Assembly (NCBI GenBank): GCA_022844165.1
Contig: JALHMH010000019.1
Span: 1 to 64,000 of the forward strand
Length of the DNA stretch: 64,000 nucleotides
Source: Lysobacterales bacterium
GTDB taxonomy: Bacteria > Pseudomonadota > Gammaproteobacteria > Xanthomonadales > SZUA-5
Direction: 5' to 3'
Shown here: in pieces, positions 42,129 to 52,751 of the stretch
Layout of the letters: each line of letters starts with the position of its first letter
Numbering within the stretch: position 1 is the first letter of the stretch
Made by a program: the position numbers and the translations under genes
The notes under the pieces: model-generated
Told to the model about the DNA's origin: nothing
Databases searched by the model: none
Seen by the model: the letters and a program-made list of their open reading frames with translations, nothing else

Positions 42129-44146
42129 AAGAGGACGCGAACGCCGGCCGTGACATTGCGGCCCGGCAGTGGCGCGCGATCCTTGAGGAAGGACGTGTGC
42201 AAGCGCGCGTCTTCATCGCTGAGGTTGTCGCCTTTCAGGTACAGATCGAAACTCGCTTGCTGTGCGTCAATCCGGTAACTGAGCGCGGCGTTCCATAGCG
42301 TGAAAGCGTCCGTTTCGCTTTCGAACTGAGCAGTCCGATCCTGTTCGAAGTAGTGCACTGGTCCAGCGCTGGCGCGCCACGGACCTAGGTGCCAACGCAC
42401 TTCAGCGCCGAATCGCGATTGGGGGATGCGTGGTAAGTCGTCGCCATCATCGATTCGCGCGCGGACCGTATCGGCGAATGCGCGAAGATCGAAGTGGCCG
42501 TTGTCCGTCTCGCTCAAGTGCCACACACCTTCTGCCTCAAAACCGGTAAAACGCGCATCGTCTTGTGACCACTCGCGCACCGGCAATTCATCTTCTTCCT
42601 CGCTTGTATCGGCCAAGAAAATGAAGTCGTCGAAACGGGCATGGAACGCGCTGACGCTGCCGTTGAAACGCTCGCCGCGGTACTTGAGACCAATCTCGAA
42701 TTGGTTTGCGATTTCTTCGTCGAGATCTGCATCGCCAATTTCGAAACTTCCGGTGGCGATGTGCGGGCCATCGGAAAACAACTCTTCGCTGTTCGGCAAA
42801 CGCACGGCACGGTCTACGCCGACGTTCAGTGTCAGTCCGTCCATCAGATCGAACGATGCGCCCACTGCGGCGCTAAATCCGGAATGATCGGCGCTGGCGC
42901 CTTCGATATCGATAGCTTGAGTGTCGTAGCGCGCCCCAAGCTCCAGTCGCCACGTGCCGTAGTCTTTGCCTTCCAGCAAAAACAAACCGAACTGCTCGGT
43001 ATCGCTGGGCGGAACAAAAGCCTCTTCGCCGGTGGCCGAAAAGTCCCGTTGCGTGAAGGTCAAGCCATAGGCGCCGCGCCAGCCGCCGATCTCGCCATGC
43101 ACAATGTCCAGGCGGCCGGTCAGTTCCTGGTTGTCGAACTCGGTACCGATTTCGTCACCTTCCAGTTCTACGTGGCCGTAATCGTTGTGGCTCAAGCGCA
43201 CGCGCAGGCTCTCGGCGCTGGCGAAGGGGTTGTCGATACCGCCTTTCAGATCGATGCGCGTTTGCTCAAGATCCAGGCGAACAACTTCTTCTTCGTCCTC
43301 TTCGCCTTTGGCGAAGGCATCGCTGTACTCCTCTTCGTGGCCATGACCTGGGATGCCGTAGTTGCTGTCATAGCGCGAAATCGACACGCCCAGGAATCCG
43401 CCCTCGCCAATCAAACTGGCGCCAATCGCGCCACCCTTGGCTTCTTGCGATGAGTTCTCCAGCACGCCTTCCGGTTCGTCTTCATCGGCATCCATTTCCG
43501 CTCGGCCCCGAATGTCGTAGTCCTCCGTATCACGATAGAAAGCATCGGCATGCAATACGAAACCTTCGGAACCGACATCGATTCGCGCCATGCCAAAAAC
43601 GCTGTCGGCAACCGTGTCGGTGCCAAGTTGCGCGCGACCGGAGAACCCGTCTTCAATCGCCTGCTCGGCGATTCGACCGTCGAGCACGTTGACCACGCCG
43701 CCGACCGAACCTGGCCCGTACAACAACGTGGTCGGGCCGCGAAGCACTTCGATCTGGTCGGCCAGGAAAGGCTCTATGGTCACAGCATGATCGACACTGA
43801 CGGTCGATACGTCCATCGACGAAGTGCCGTCGCTCAGCACCTGTACGCGCGCACCGTCCTGGCCACGAATGATCGGTCGCCCGGCACCGGGGCCGAAGTA
43901 GCTGTTGTGCACACCAGGCTCGCGCATCAAAGTTTCGCCGAGGGTGGCGGCCTTACGTTCATCCAGAACCGCTCCCGTCAGTACGGTGGCCGGTTGAATC
44001 AGATCGCCAAACGTACCCTGACGCGGATCGGCTTTGACGACGACCGCATCCAGTGCTTTGGCGTGTTCGTCGCTGTGGTTTTCTGCTGCGATTGTGGCGC
44101 CAGCAAGAGATTGTGCGATAAAGATGACCAGAAGACGCTTGCGCAT
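42125..44146 (-). CDS. TonB-dependent receptor, ZnuD-like (zinc uptake)
   Basis: TLGETL..PGV, GAGRPIIRG, DHAVTIEP, His/acidic loop GHGHEEE, GPHIAT, C-terminal F. Zur-like boxes upstream. Confidence 0.85.
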   Translation of the reverse strand: MRKRLLVIFIAQSLAGATIAAENHSDEHAKALDAVVVKADPRQGTFGDLIQPATVLTGAVLDERKAATLGETLMREPGVHNSYFGPGAGRPIIRGQDGARVQVLSDGTSSMDVSTVSVDHAVTIEPFLADQIEVLRGPTTLLYGPGSVGGVVNVLDGRIAEQAIEDGFSGRAQLGTDTVADSVFGMARIDVGSEGFVLHADAFYRDTEDYDIRGRAEMDADEDEPEGVLENSSQEAKGGAIGASLIGEGGFLGVSISRYDSNYGIPGHGHEEEYSDAFAKGEEDEEEVVRLDLEQTRIDLKGGIDNPFASAESLRVRLSHNDYGHVELEGDEIGTEFDNQELTGRLDIVHGEIGGWRGAYGLTFTQRDFSATGEEAFVPPSDTEQFGLFLLEGKDYGTWRLELGARYDTQAIDIEGASADHSGFSAAVGASFDLMDGLTLNVGVDRAVRLPNSEELFSDGPHIATGSFEIGDADLDEEIANQFEIGLKYRGERFNGSVSAFHARFDDFIFLADTSEEEDELPVREWSQDDARFTGFEAEGVWHLSETDNGHFDLRAFADTVRARIDDGDDLPRIPQSRFGAEVRWHLGPWRASAGPVHYFEQDRTAQFESETDAFTLWNAALSYRIDAQQASFDLYLKGDNLSDEDARLHTSFLKDRAPLPGRNVTAGVRVLF

Positions 44147-44148
44147 AG

Positions 44149-44176
44149 TGTTACCTCATAACAGTTATAAGGTAAC
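44149..44176. promoter_or_regulatory. Tandem Zur-like boxes
   Basis: TGTTACCTCATAACA and GTTATAAGGTAAC, near-inverted copies of each other, directly upstream of the receptor start. Confidence 0.7.
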
Positions 44177-44228
44177 GATAGCGCCTTTTTTCGTCCGTGG
44201 GTATGAAGATGCGCCGGGTGCGCGACGA

Positions 44229-45413
44229 TCAGCCGTTCAGGAAACAGCTGACGGTATCGTTGAGATATCGATATCCAAGAGCGGTCGCTCGAATGGTGTT
44301 GCCGTTCTGCTCGATTAGCCCCCGCGCCAGCGCGTTCGCATGACCTCTCCCGGCGAGCGCGCGCCCAGTGCGCTGTTCGAAGGTCTCGATGTCGAAACCG
44401 TTGGTGAGTCGTAACGCATTCAGGACGAACTCAAAGGGCAATTGTTCCGAGGCGATAATCCGGTCTTCAGCAATGCGCGACGCAGTGGCAAGATAGTCGT
44501 TCGGGTTGCGCACGCGCGTGCGGCGCCGAACCTGGAAGCCGCATTGATTTTCGTCGAACGTAGCCCGCTCGGTGCGAAGCGCAGGCGCGCTGGTCGTCTT
44601 GCTATGTGCACCGGCACCGATCGCGAGATAGTCGCCGAAGTTCCAGTAGTTCAGATTGTGTATCGAGCGCCGACCCTCCTTGGCGTAGGCGGAGACTTCG
44701 TATTGTCGCCATCCGGCAGCCGCGATGGCCGCCTGCGTGGCGTCCTGCATATCAGCCAATGCGTCGTCGTCTGGCAATTCGCGAGGCGGAAAACGTGCGA
44801 ACACGGTTCCCGGTTCGAGCGTCAGCTGATAGTGCGACAAATGCTCTGGTGCCAGATCGCGCGCAGATTCAATATCGGCAAGCGCCAAGGCAATCGACTG
44901 AGCGGGCAGTGCGTACATCAGGTCGACGTTGATGTTATCGAATCCGGCAGCTCGCGCCATCCCAAACGCGCGTCGCGCTTCGGCGCCGCCGTGAATCCGG
45001 CCCAGGCGCTTCAGCGCCGCATCATCGAAACTCTGTACGCCAAACGAAAGTCGATTGACGCCGGCCTCCAGGTAGGCCTCGAAACGATCGAACTCCGCGG
45101 TACCCGGGTTGGTTTCCAGTGTGACTTCCGCACCCGGTGCTAAGCCGACGCGCTCGCGTACGCCTTCAAGAATGGCGCGCAGCGCCCCGCCGCTGAACAA
45201 ACTTGGCGTACCGCCACCGAAAAACACCGAGATCAGTTTTCGTCCTTCGGCAAGCGGCGCCTCCTCCTCGAGATCGGCCAACAACGCGGCCACGTATCGT
45301 TCCTCCGGAATCTGCGCAGGCCGTTGATGCGAGTTGAAATCGCAGTAGGGGCATTTGCGCACGCACCACGGGATGTGGATGTAAAGCGATAGCGGCGGCG
45401 GGAAAAATCTCAC
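44229..45413 (-). CDS. hemW: Radical SAM heme chaperone HemW
   Basis: YIHIPWCVRKCPYCDFNSH, GGGTPS, HNLNYW. Confidence 0.93.
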   Translation of the reverse strand: MRFFPPPLSLYIHIPWCVRKCPYCDFNSHQRPAQIPEERYVAALLADLEEEAPLAEGRKLISVFFGGGTPSLFSGGALRAILEGVRERVGLAPGAEVTLETNPGTAEFDRFEAYLEAGVNRLSFGVQSFDDAALKRLGRIHGGAEARRAFGMARAAGFDNINVDLMYALPAQSIALALADIESARDLAPEHLSHYQLTLEPGTVFARFPPRELPDDDALADMQDATQAAIAAAGWRQYEVSAYAKEGRRSIHNLNYWNFGDYLAIGAGAHSKTTSAPALRTERATFDENQCGFQVRRRTRVRNPNDYLATASRIAEDRIIASEQLPFEFVLNALRLTNGFDIETFEQRTGRALAGRGHANALARGLIEQNGNTIRATALGYRYLNDTVSCFLNG

Positions 45414-46021
45414 AGCAAGCGTTTCAGTTCCGCCAGAGCGCGTCCACGGTGGCTACGAAAGGCCTTGTCCGCGTGCAGCATTTGTGCGGCGCCCTTGCCC
45501 GTCTCTGGGTCAAAAAACACCGGATCGTAGCCGAAGCCGCCACTGCCCTGCGGCGCACGCAACAATTCGCCGCGCCAGATGCCCTGAGCGATCAATGGCA
45601 GTGGATCGTCGTGGCGTTGAATGAGTACCAGCACACACACGAATTTGCAGCCACGCGCACCATCGGGAACATGCGCGGTGGCGCGCAGCAGTTTATCGAT
45701 ATGGGCCGCGTCGGGTTGTTGCTCGCCTGCGTAAACCGCGCTCTGCACACCGGGCGCGCCGAACAGGGCGTCGACCATCAATCCGCTGTCGTCAGCAAGC
45801 GTCGGCAGGCCAGTAGCTTGGGACACATGGCGGGCCTTGATCAGGGCGTTTTCAACAAAACTGTTCGCCGGCTCGGCTGGCGCTGTCAGGCCAAATTCGC
45901 TCGCGAGTTTGAGGTCCACATCGCCCAACATCGTTCTGAACTCGGCCAGTTTGCCAGGGTTGTGGGAGGCGAGAACCCAGGTTGGCGGCGATACACGTTG
46001 GGCGGACACATCCGGGTTCAT
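45410..46021 (-). CDS. rdgB: Non-canonical purine NTP pyrophosphatase
   Basis: [29 protein letters not shown]. Confidence 0.93.
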   Translation of the reverse strand: MNPDVSAQRVSPPTWVLASHNPGKLAEFRTMLGDVDLKLASEFGLTAPAEPANSFVENALIKARHVSQATGLPTLADDSGLMVDALFGAPGVQSAVYAGEQQPDAAHIDKLLRATAHVPDGARGCKFVCVLVLIQRHDDPLPLIAQGIWRGELLRAPQGSGGFGYDPVFFDPETGKGAAQMLHADKAFRSHRGRALAELKRLL

Positions 46022-47178
46022 TGTTTGCCGGCGAACAACTCGCGCCCGATCAGCATGCGGCGGATTTCCTGGGTGCCTGCGCCGATCTCGTAGAGTTTCG
46101 CGTCGCGCAAGAATCGCCCGGCGGGATAGTCATTGATGTAGCCGTTGCCGCCCAGCGCCTGGATCGCCTCCAGGCTCACCTCGACAGCGGCCTTCGAGGC
46201 GTACAACAAACAACTTGCAGGGTCGACACGCGAGTACTTTCCGGCATCGTAGTCTTGCGCGACGCGATAGGCATAAGCACTGGCCGATTGCCAGGCCGTG
46301 TACATGTCCGCGAGCTTGGCTTGCATGATGCCGAAGGTACCGATTGGCTGATCGAACTGCTTACGTTCGCGCACATATCCCAGCGTCAGCTCGAGCGCGG
46401 CTTGCATCAGTCCGAGAGGCCCACCGCTGAGCACTAGTCGCTCCGTGTTCAAGCCGCTCATTAATACTTTGACCCCGTGATCGACGTCTCCGAGGACGTT
46501 CTCATCAGGGATTTCGCAGTCCTCGAAGACCAGCTCGCAGGTGTTCGAGCCGCGCATGCCGAATTTGTCGAGTTTTTGCGCGGTGCGGAAACCCGCCATG
46601 CCTTTTTCAACAATGAACGCGGTCATGCAGCGCGAGCCTTGCGCCTTCGGCGCCGTGCGCAAGTACACAACCAGCACTTCGGCGTCCGGGCCGTTGGTAA
46701 TCCACATTTTCGACCCGTTTGCGATCCAACGATCGCCGCGCTTTTCGGCACGCGCACTCATCGAACCGACGACATCCGAGCCGGCACCGGGTTCGCTCAT
46801 TGCCAGCGCGCCGACGTGCTCACCGCTGCACAGTTTCGGTAAGTACTTTTCGCGCTGCGCGCGGTTGCCGTTGTTGTACAGGTTCTGGACGCACAGGTTC
46901 GAATGTGCGCCGTAGGACAAACCCACCGAACCTGATCCGCGCGAGATTTCTTCAAGCGCGATCAGGTGCGCCAAGTAACCCATGCCGCTACCACCGAACT
47001 CCGGATCGACCGTGATGCCCAACAGGCCGAGATCACCGAGTTTTGGCCATAGATCGCGAGGGAAGCTGTTGCTGCGGTCGATCTCGTCGGCGCGAGGCGC
47101 CACCTCGCTGTCGACAAATCGGCGCACAGTCTCGCGCAACATATCGATATCGTCGCCCAGGGACAGTGGCGTCATCAC
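46018..47178 (-). CDS. ivd: Isovaleryl-CoA dehydrogenase
   Basis: [44 protein letters not shown]. Confidence 0.92.
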   Translation of the reverse strand: MMTPLSLGDDIDMLRETVRRFVDSEVAPRADEIDRSNSFPRDLWPKLGDLGLLGITVDPEFGGSGMGYLAHLIALEEISRGSGSVGLSYGAHSNLCVQNLYNNGNRAQREKYLPKLCSGEHVGALAMSEPGAGSDVVGSMSARAEKRGDRWIANGSKMWITNGPDAEVLVVYLRTAPKAQGSRCMTAFIVEKGMAGFRTAQKLDKFGMRGSNTCELVFEDCEIPDENVLGDVDHGVKVLMSGLNTERLVLSGGPLGLMQAALELTLGYVRERKQFDQPIGTFGIMQAKLADMYTAWQSASAYAYRVAQDYDAGKYSRVDPASCLLYASKAAVEVSLEAIQALGGNGYINDYPAGRFLRDAKLYEIGAGTQEIRRMLIGRELFAGKQ

Positions 47179-47513
47179 AGCGCTCCGTACTTACTTGGAC
47201 CGCGAAGGCTACATCGCAAATGGCCGCAACGCTAAGGTCGGCTTCAAAACGCGGCTCATCTTGCCGCAAATCGAGGTGCTTGTCTTCACGATGAAAGCAC
47301 GTTCGGGCAATGACGACGCAGCAAGTCGGTTGGCTGCTCGGTGCGGGATCTTGCAACCAGCGTCAGATTTCCCACGAGCAAGTGTGGCCGGTCAAAGCCC
47401 CATGCCGCTGCCATGGCTTCGCCTCAAGCGGATCCGTTGCTGTCTGGATCCTGCCCGTGATCGGTCAGGCTTGCCGATCAAGATTCAGCCTCCTGAGCAA
47501 TGAGTGCGAACGC

Positions 47514-48860
47514 ATGGCAGGTCGCTTGATGTTGTCCACGACGGCAAAGATGTTCCTCATCGGTCTGTTGTCTCTGCTGTTGATGATTCCGTTGGCTTTG
47601 GTCTATGACCTGGTGCGCGAACGGCAAGGATTGGCCATTGAGGCCGAGGCGACCATTGCGCGCGGGTGGGGCGGCGAGCAGCGGGTGTTGCTGCCGATGG
47701 TGCATCTGGCATTCGTTCGCGAACGGCTCGAAGGCAAACAGCGCATTGTCGATCGCGAGGACCGCTGGTTGTCTGCGCGCGAGGCGAGCGCAAGCGCGAC
47801 GCTTGGCGTTGAGTCGCGCACGCTCGGCATGTACTCGCTGCCGATTTATCGGGCCGATCTGAAGCTGCGGATGAATTTCGCGCCGGGCGCCGTCGCGGCA
47901 CAGTTCGGCGGCGACGGTTGGCGACCGGTGGCCGCGCGATTGGTGTTCGCGCCGGGCGATTTAACCGGGCTTCGCCAGGTGAGCACGCTGCGCGCGGGCG
48001 GCGCGGAAATGCAATTCAGTCCCGCCAGTGATCGCTTGCCGATCTCGCTGGGCGAAAGCCTGTACAGCGATGGCGATCGGGCGCTGTTGGAGGCGCCGTT
48101 GGGATCGCTGCTCGATGCGGCGTCCTTCGATCTCCAGCTCGACATCGAACTGGCTGGTGCCCGGCGCTTCGAGCTGATTCCCAATGCCAGCTCTTTCCGC
48201 TTCGAAGTCACGGGCGATTGGCCGCATCCTGGTTTTGCAGGCGGCGCATTGCCGCGTGAGCGAGACGTGCGAGGCGATGGATTCTCCGCCAACTGGCAGT
48301 TGTTGGACTTGTCGACCGGCCTGCCGCCGGTCACCTACAGCGCCGAAGTGCTGCGCAACTGGGGCGCCAAGGCCGTCGGCGTGCAGCTGGTGGAACCGGG
48401 TGGCTTGTACCAACAGAACGAACGCAGCGCCAAGTATGGTGTGCTGGTGCTGGCGCTCACGATGGCCGCGCTGTTTCTGACCGAAGTGTTGCTCGGTGTT
48501 CGTCTGCACGCGTTTCACTACGGGTTGGTGGGACTCGCTCTTGCGATGTTCTACTTGCTGCTGTTGGCGATCAGCGAACATGCGGGATTTGTTGCTGCCT
48601 ATACCATTGCAGCCGCGGCGGTCGTCGCGATGGTCAGCGGCTATTGCGCAGCCGTGATGCGCTCATGGGCGCGTGGGTTGTTGGCCGGTTTTGTGCTCGC
48701 TCTGCTCAAGGGTTTCCTGTTTGTTTTGATTTCTGCAGAACAACTATCGTTGCTGATCGGCGCATTGGGACTGACCTCGCTACTGGCGATTGCGATGTAT
48801 CTGACACGCCGCATCGACTGGTACAGTTCGAGCAATCACGAAACACCGGAGACCACGTGA
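47514..48860 (+). CDS. creD: Inner membrane protein CreD
   Basis: WPHPGFAG, YQQNERSAKYG, HAFHYGLVG, LLLAISEH, YLTRRIDWY. Confidence 0.88.
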   Translation: MAGRLMLSTTAKMFLIGLLSLLLMIPLALVYDLVRERQGLAIEAEATIARGWGGEQRVLLPMVHLAFVRERLEGKQRIVDREDRWLSAREASASATLGVESRTLGMYSLPIYRADLKLRMNFAPGAVAAQFGGDGWRPVAARLVFAPGDLTGLRQVSTLRAGGAEMQFSPASDRLPISLGESLYSDGDRALLEAPLGSLLDAASFDLQLDIELAGARRFELIPNASSFRFEVTGDWPHPGFAGGALPRERDVRGDGFSANWQLLDLSTGLPPVTYSAEVLRNWGAKAVGVQLVEPGGLYQQNERSAKYGVLVLALTMAALFLTEVLLGVRLHAFHYGLVGLALAMFYLLLLAISEHAGFVAAYTIAAAAVVAMVSGYCAAVMRSWARGLLAGFVLALLKGFLFVLISAEQLSLLIGALGLTSLLAIAMYLTRRIDWYSSSNHETPETT

Positions 48861-49552
48861 TGATGATTCTCGCGATCGAGTGTTCGACTGAAGTTCTGTC
48901 GCTGGCTGTTTATGCGCATGGCGAAATTCACGAGCGCGTGGAACATTCTGGCCGGCGCCACGGCGACGTTCTGCTGCCTTTGATCGACGCCGTGCTCGAT
49001 GCGGCGCGCATCGACAAGCTCAGTCTCCAGGCTGTCGCATTCGGCCGCGGCCCAGGTGCGTTCACAGGCGTGCGCATGGCAGTGGCCGCGGCACAGGGCA
49101 TTGCTTACGGCCTGGATATTCCCGCGATTCCAGTGTCTTCGTTGGCTGCACTGGCACAAGAGGGCTTCGATCGCGGCGCTGCGCCGCCGCTCCTGGCATT
49201 GGCCGACGCTCGAATGGGCGAGGTGTATGCCGGCTTCTTTGATGTTGGCGCCGATGGACTGGTGTATGCCATTGGCGACGAACGTCTCGCGGCGCCGGAG
49301 GCCATCAGCTTACCTGGCGATGACGTCTGGTGTGTGCTGGGTCCTGGCTTTCAGGCCTATCGGCAAGCGGTCGATAAGGCACTGGGCTACCGCGGCGATG
49401 GCATCAGCCGCAGCTGTTATCCGCAAGCCAGCACCATCGCCCGTCTCGCCGCGCGCGAGTTGCGCGAGGGCAGGGCGGTGCCAGCGCGTCTGGCATTGCC
49501 CGTTTATCTGCGCGACAAAGTTGCCCAAACCTCGGCCGAGCGTCGCCACTGA
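48860..49552 (+). CDS. tsaB: tRNA t6A biosynthesis protein TsaB
   Basis: ILAIECSTE, GRGPGAFTGVR, DARMGEVY, PVYLRDKVA. Confidence 0.93.
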   Translation: MMILAIECSTEVLSLAVYAHGEIHERVEHSGRRHGDVLLPLIDAVLDAARIDKLSLQAVAFGRGPGAFTGVRMAVAAAQGIAYGLDIPAIPVSSLAALAQEGFDRGAAPPLLALADARMGEVYAGFFDVGADGLVYAIGDERLAAPEAISLPGDDVWCVLGPGFQAYRQAVDKALGYRGDGISRSCYPQASTIARLAARELREGRAVPARLALPVYLRDKVAQTSAERRH

Positions 49553-49555
49553 GTG

Positions 49556-50662
49556 TCAGCCCAGCCAGCGCCGCAATTGCGTTCGACGGACAAGGACCTC
49601 GTAGCTGAAAAAACAAATCGCCAGCGTGGCGGCCACGCTGATGGCCAGTTTGGTCAACCAGCCGAACGCTTGATCCATCAGCCCGTACTGGATCACGAAC
49701 AGCACGGGCAGATGCACCAGATACGTCCAGTACGAACCGGCCGCGAGATAGCGCAGCCATGGATGCTGGACATTGAGGAATCGCTGCCCGGCAATCCACA
49801 AGTGAAGCGTCATCCATAAGCTGATGAATGCGCCCAGGACCGCAAGTTGCCAGGGCGCTGCCAGATCGCCCGGATCTGGCGGGAGCCGCCGCAATCCATA
49901 AAGCCAGGCGATGTACAACAACATGCTGCTGATGGCTAACCCTGGCGACCATCGGCGAAGCGCATCCAGCAGCTGTGGCTGCCGCCGCAACGTGGTTCCC
50001 AATGCGAAAAAGAAACCGAAGAACCCGATCGCCCAGAATTGCGGCAAGAAACTCTCAGGTGCGGGATGAGGCGCTGTCACCGATAGCAGCGACGGGACCA
50101 GTAGCAGCGGCGCTATCAGCCACGTCCACAACGGCAACTGCGATTGCAGACGTTTTCTGGTGGCAAAAACGCTGCCCAGCGCCCACTGCAGAATGTAAAA
50201 CCACATCAGGTAGTACAAAAACCACAAATGGCTGGTGCCCGGAGGCAACTGCGGCGGATCTGCCATCGTCGACCACTCGCGAACGATTTTCAGAACCGCC
50301 GAAGGATGTTCCACATTTGCCGCCGCCCACTCGGTGCTCCAGGTCAGACTCAGGATCACTGGCAGCCAGAGCACGACGAACGGCAGCAGCACGCGTTGCA
50401 CGCGATTGGCAAACATCCCACCCATACCGCGCTGCTCGATCAACATTGCACTGAAGTAGCCGGCGATCATGAAAAACAGCGGCATGCGAAAAAAATGCAG
50501 GAACCACGCAAAGACGTCGGCGACGGCGGATGTCGACCGATCGGCCAGTGGCCAGAACGGTTGCATCAGAGGGCTGTAAGCCAATGCGGCATGGAACAGC
50601 ACACCTGCCAGCATCGCCAGCGCGCGCAGGTTGTCGAGGTAGTGCAGGCGTTCGATGGCCAT
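49556..50662 (-). CDS. Acyltransferase-3 family (MdoC/OpgC-like) membrane protein
   Basis: RLHYLDNLRA, HFFRMPLFF..AGYF, HLWFLYYL, SYWTYLVH. Confidence 0.85.
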   Translation of the reverse strand: MAIERLHYLDNLRALAMLAGVLFHAALAYSPLMQPFWPLADRSTSAVADVFAWFLHFFRMPLFFMIAGYFSAMLIEQRGMGGMFANRVQRVLLPFVVLWLPVILSLTWSTEWAAANVEHPSAVLKIVREWSTMADPPQLPPGTSHLWFLYYLMWFYILQWALGSVFATRKRLQSQLPLWTWLIAPLLLVPSLLSVTAPHPAPESFLPQFWAIGFFGFFFALGTTLRRQPQLLDALRRWSPGLAISSMLLYIAWLYGLRRLPPDPGDLAAPWQLAVLGAFISLWMTLHLWIAGQRFLNVQHPWLRYLAAGSYWTYLVHLPVLFVIQYGLMDQAFGWLTKLAISVAATLAICFFSYEVLVRRTQLRRWLG

Positions 50663-50738
50663 AGGTCAATCGCCCGATGCGTCGTCAGGTCGTAGAGATT
50701 GATTCGAATTCGCCGGGCCCACGCACGCCGGGCGCCGC

Positions 50739-51419
50739 TCAATAGAAGGCAACTTTTCGGCAGTGTACCCAACCCGTCCCAACAAGCAGCAACAGGCTCA
50801 CGACAACTTGTGTTGTCAGAATGACGATTGCCGCCGAACTGAAGATAATCGCTTCGCCCCGGATCACGCCGTGAATGGACTCGATCTGGGATAGACCCAT
50901 CATGAACGGATTGATCATGACCATGCTGGCGATCATCACAAAGATGTTCCAACCTTCGGATTCCACGGCCATCGCTACGCTGAGCGCTACACAGTAAGCG
51001 AGCAAAATATGGCCAAAGATCAGCAACGAATAGACCACCAGACCATCGGGCAATGGCGTGAGCAAAATGGCCGCGAGCGTGCCGATCAAAATGACTAAAA
51101 ACGGCACTGCGAAGGTCACCAGATTGCCGATCAGTTTAGCGAGGTAGTAGTCGAGCGGCGCTATGGGCAGGCTCATGACGAATGCCAGGTTGTGCTCCTT
51201 GCGTTCGTTGATCAATGAGGTCGATATCGCGAAGCAGGACGTTGCGACGAGCACGATGATCAGCAACAGCGAGCCGATGTAAAACGACCAGGGTCTGGCC
51301 ATGCCAAGTAAACACAAAGACAAGATGCCCGTGAGCACATACGCGGCCATTTGCTTCTGGAACAACAACCAGTCCTTGGCGATCAGTCGTTTGATGACAG
51401 GAACATTGAGCGAATTCAT
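50739..51419 (-). CDS. ABC-2 type permease
   Basis: About six TM segments, LIAKDW, FVMSLPI..DYYLAK. Confidence 0.8.
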   Translation of the reverse strand: MNSLNVPVIKRLIAKDWLLFQKQMAAYVLTGILSLCLLGMARPWSFYIGSLLLIIVLVATSCFAISTSLINERKEHNLAFVMSLPIAPLDYYLAKLIGNLVTFAVPFLVILIGTLAAILLTPLPDGLVVYSLLIFGHILLAYCVALSVAMAVESEGWNIFVMIASMVMINPFMMGLSQIESIHGVIRGEAIIFSSAAIVILTTQVVVSLLLLVGTGWVHCRKVAFY

Positions 51420-52291
51420 GCGGGTGCTCCAGCGCGTACGGTGGTGACGAAAATGTCTTCCAGGCGCATCGGGTCGACGCTCTGCACCGTCAGTCCGTGC
51501 GCCGCCAGTCGCGCCGGCAACTCGCCACAAAAATCGCGCACTTTGAGCTCGAGCACAGAACCATTACGTCGTGCCGCGGCGATCTCCGGCCACTCCGGTG
51601 TGTAGTCGCCGAAACAAACGATGCGCCGCCAGTCGTCGAGGAAACGCTCCTTGTCCTGTGAGGCGATCAGTCGGCCCTGGTGCAAAAAGCTGATCGAATC
51701 GGCGAGTTGTTCCACATCGTGCGTGTTGTGCGACGAAAACAGTACGCTGCGCGTTTCATCGCGCAGTACATCGGAGAGCACTTCGAGCACCTCGCTGCGT
51801 GCGACGGGATCCAATCCGGTGGTTGGCTCATCCAGCAGCAACAAACGGGGTCGACGCGCAAAACACAACAGCAGCAGCGCTTTGACCCGTTGGCCATGCG
51901 AAAAGCCGCCGATCGACTGGTCGCTTTTCAAATCGAAGCGGCGCAACAGATCGCGCGCATAGTTTTCGTCCCAGCCTGGATAAATCGCCGCGATCAAATC
52001 CATGTGCCAGCGCAAAGTCTGGCTCTTGTAAAGGCGCATGTCTTCGGAGGCGAATCCAGTATCGGCTTTGACCGCGACCTGATCCTCGGGCATGCGCAGT
52101 CCCAGAACCCGAACGTCTCCCCGATCGGCACGTACCAGGCCGGTCAGAATGCGTAGCAGCGTGGTTTTGCCAGCGCCATTCACTCCAACCAGTCCCATGA
52201 TCTGGCCGTGTGGCAAGCTCAAACTGATGTCGCTTAGCGTGAACTGCGGGTACTGTTTGTGAATGCCTGTCAGGGCGAATGCCACAGTCAT
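51416..52291 (-). CDS. ABC transporter ATP-binding protein
   Basis: GVNGAGKTT, FSHGQ, LLLLDEPTTGLD, SSH. Confidence 0.92.
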   Translation of the reverse strand: MTVAFALTGIHKQYPQFTLSDISLSLPHGQIMGLVGVNGAGKTTLLRILTGLVRADRGDVRVLGLRMPEDQVAVKADTGFASEDMRLYKSQTLRWHMDLIAAIYPGWDENYARDLLRRFDLKSDQSIGGFSHGQRVKALLLLCFARRPRLLLLDEPTTGLDPVARSEVLEVLSDVLRDETRSVLFSSHNTHDVEQLADSISFLHQGRLIASQDKERFLDDWRRIVCFGDYTPEWPEIAAARRNGSVLELKVRDFCGELPARLAAHGLTVQSVDPMRLEDIFVTTVRAGAPA

Positions 52292-52674
52292 GGCATGACT
52301 CCTTTGTCCGGGCCCGCGTCGAGCAGGCGTTGAATTTCGTGTGTATCGAGGCCCAGCTGGGCCGCGCAACCCAGGAATGCTTGCAAGTGCCGGTGCATCT
52401 CGGCGCGCAACAGCGCGCGGGGCAAGTCGTGCGAGGCAGCCACGAACGAGCCCTTGCCGTGGCGCGTGACGATGACGCCGGCATGCTCCAATTCGAGATA
52501 GGCGCGTTTGACTGTGATGACGCTGACATGACTGCTCGACGCCAGTTCGCGGATCGATGGCAGTGGGTAACCCGCAGGCCAATCGCCCAGCATGACTTTG
52601 GTCGAAATCTGATCGACGATTTGCCGATACATCGGCCGGTTATCGTTTTCAGACAGGAAGAGGGCGTCGCTCAC
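52288..52674 (-). CDS. GntR/YtrA family transcriptional regulator
   Basis: PMYRQI, LPSIRELA..VSVITVKRAY.ELE..G...GKGSFV, short C-terminus. Confidence 0.92.
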   Translation of the reverse strand: MSDALFLSENDNRPMYRQIVDQISTKVMLGDWPAGYPLPSIRELASSSHVSVITVKRAYLELEHAGVIVTRHGKGSFVAASHDLPRALLRAEMHRHLQAFLGCAAQLGLDTHEIQRLLDAGPDKGVMP

Positions 52675-52685
52675 TGTGCATTCTT

Positions 52686-52715
52686 TGTATATCTCATATG
52701 CACAGTATGCACAGT
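52686..52715. promoter_or_regulatory. Candidate YtrA-type operator
   Basis: Imperfect palindrome TGTATAT-CTC-ATATGCA overlapping two tandem TATGCACAG repeats, immediately upstream of the regulator. Confidence 0.55.
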
Positions 52716-52751
52716 CTACTTCCTGGCCGTCAAGCGGGTCCCTGGAAACCG

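Noticed and set aside
47428-47480. Two adjacent hairpins upstream of creD as a possible ncRNA or riboswitch
   Set aside because: No recognisable family motif. An Rfam/Infernal search would be needed.
47310-47513. Long N-terminal extensions in the ORF track (creD, tsaB, the hybrid kinase, B2, the DUF4124 protein and others)
   Set aside because: Downstream starts with RBS or stop/start overlaps and family-typical N-termini fit better.
50739-52291. ABC transporter as the lasso peptide exporter
   Set aside because: It is separated from the cluster by birA, plsY and the DAK2-DegV gene, has its own regulator, and is not the fused peptide-exporter type.
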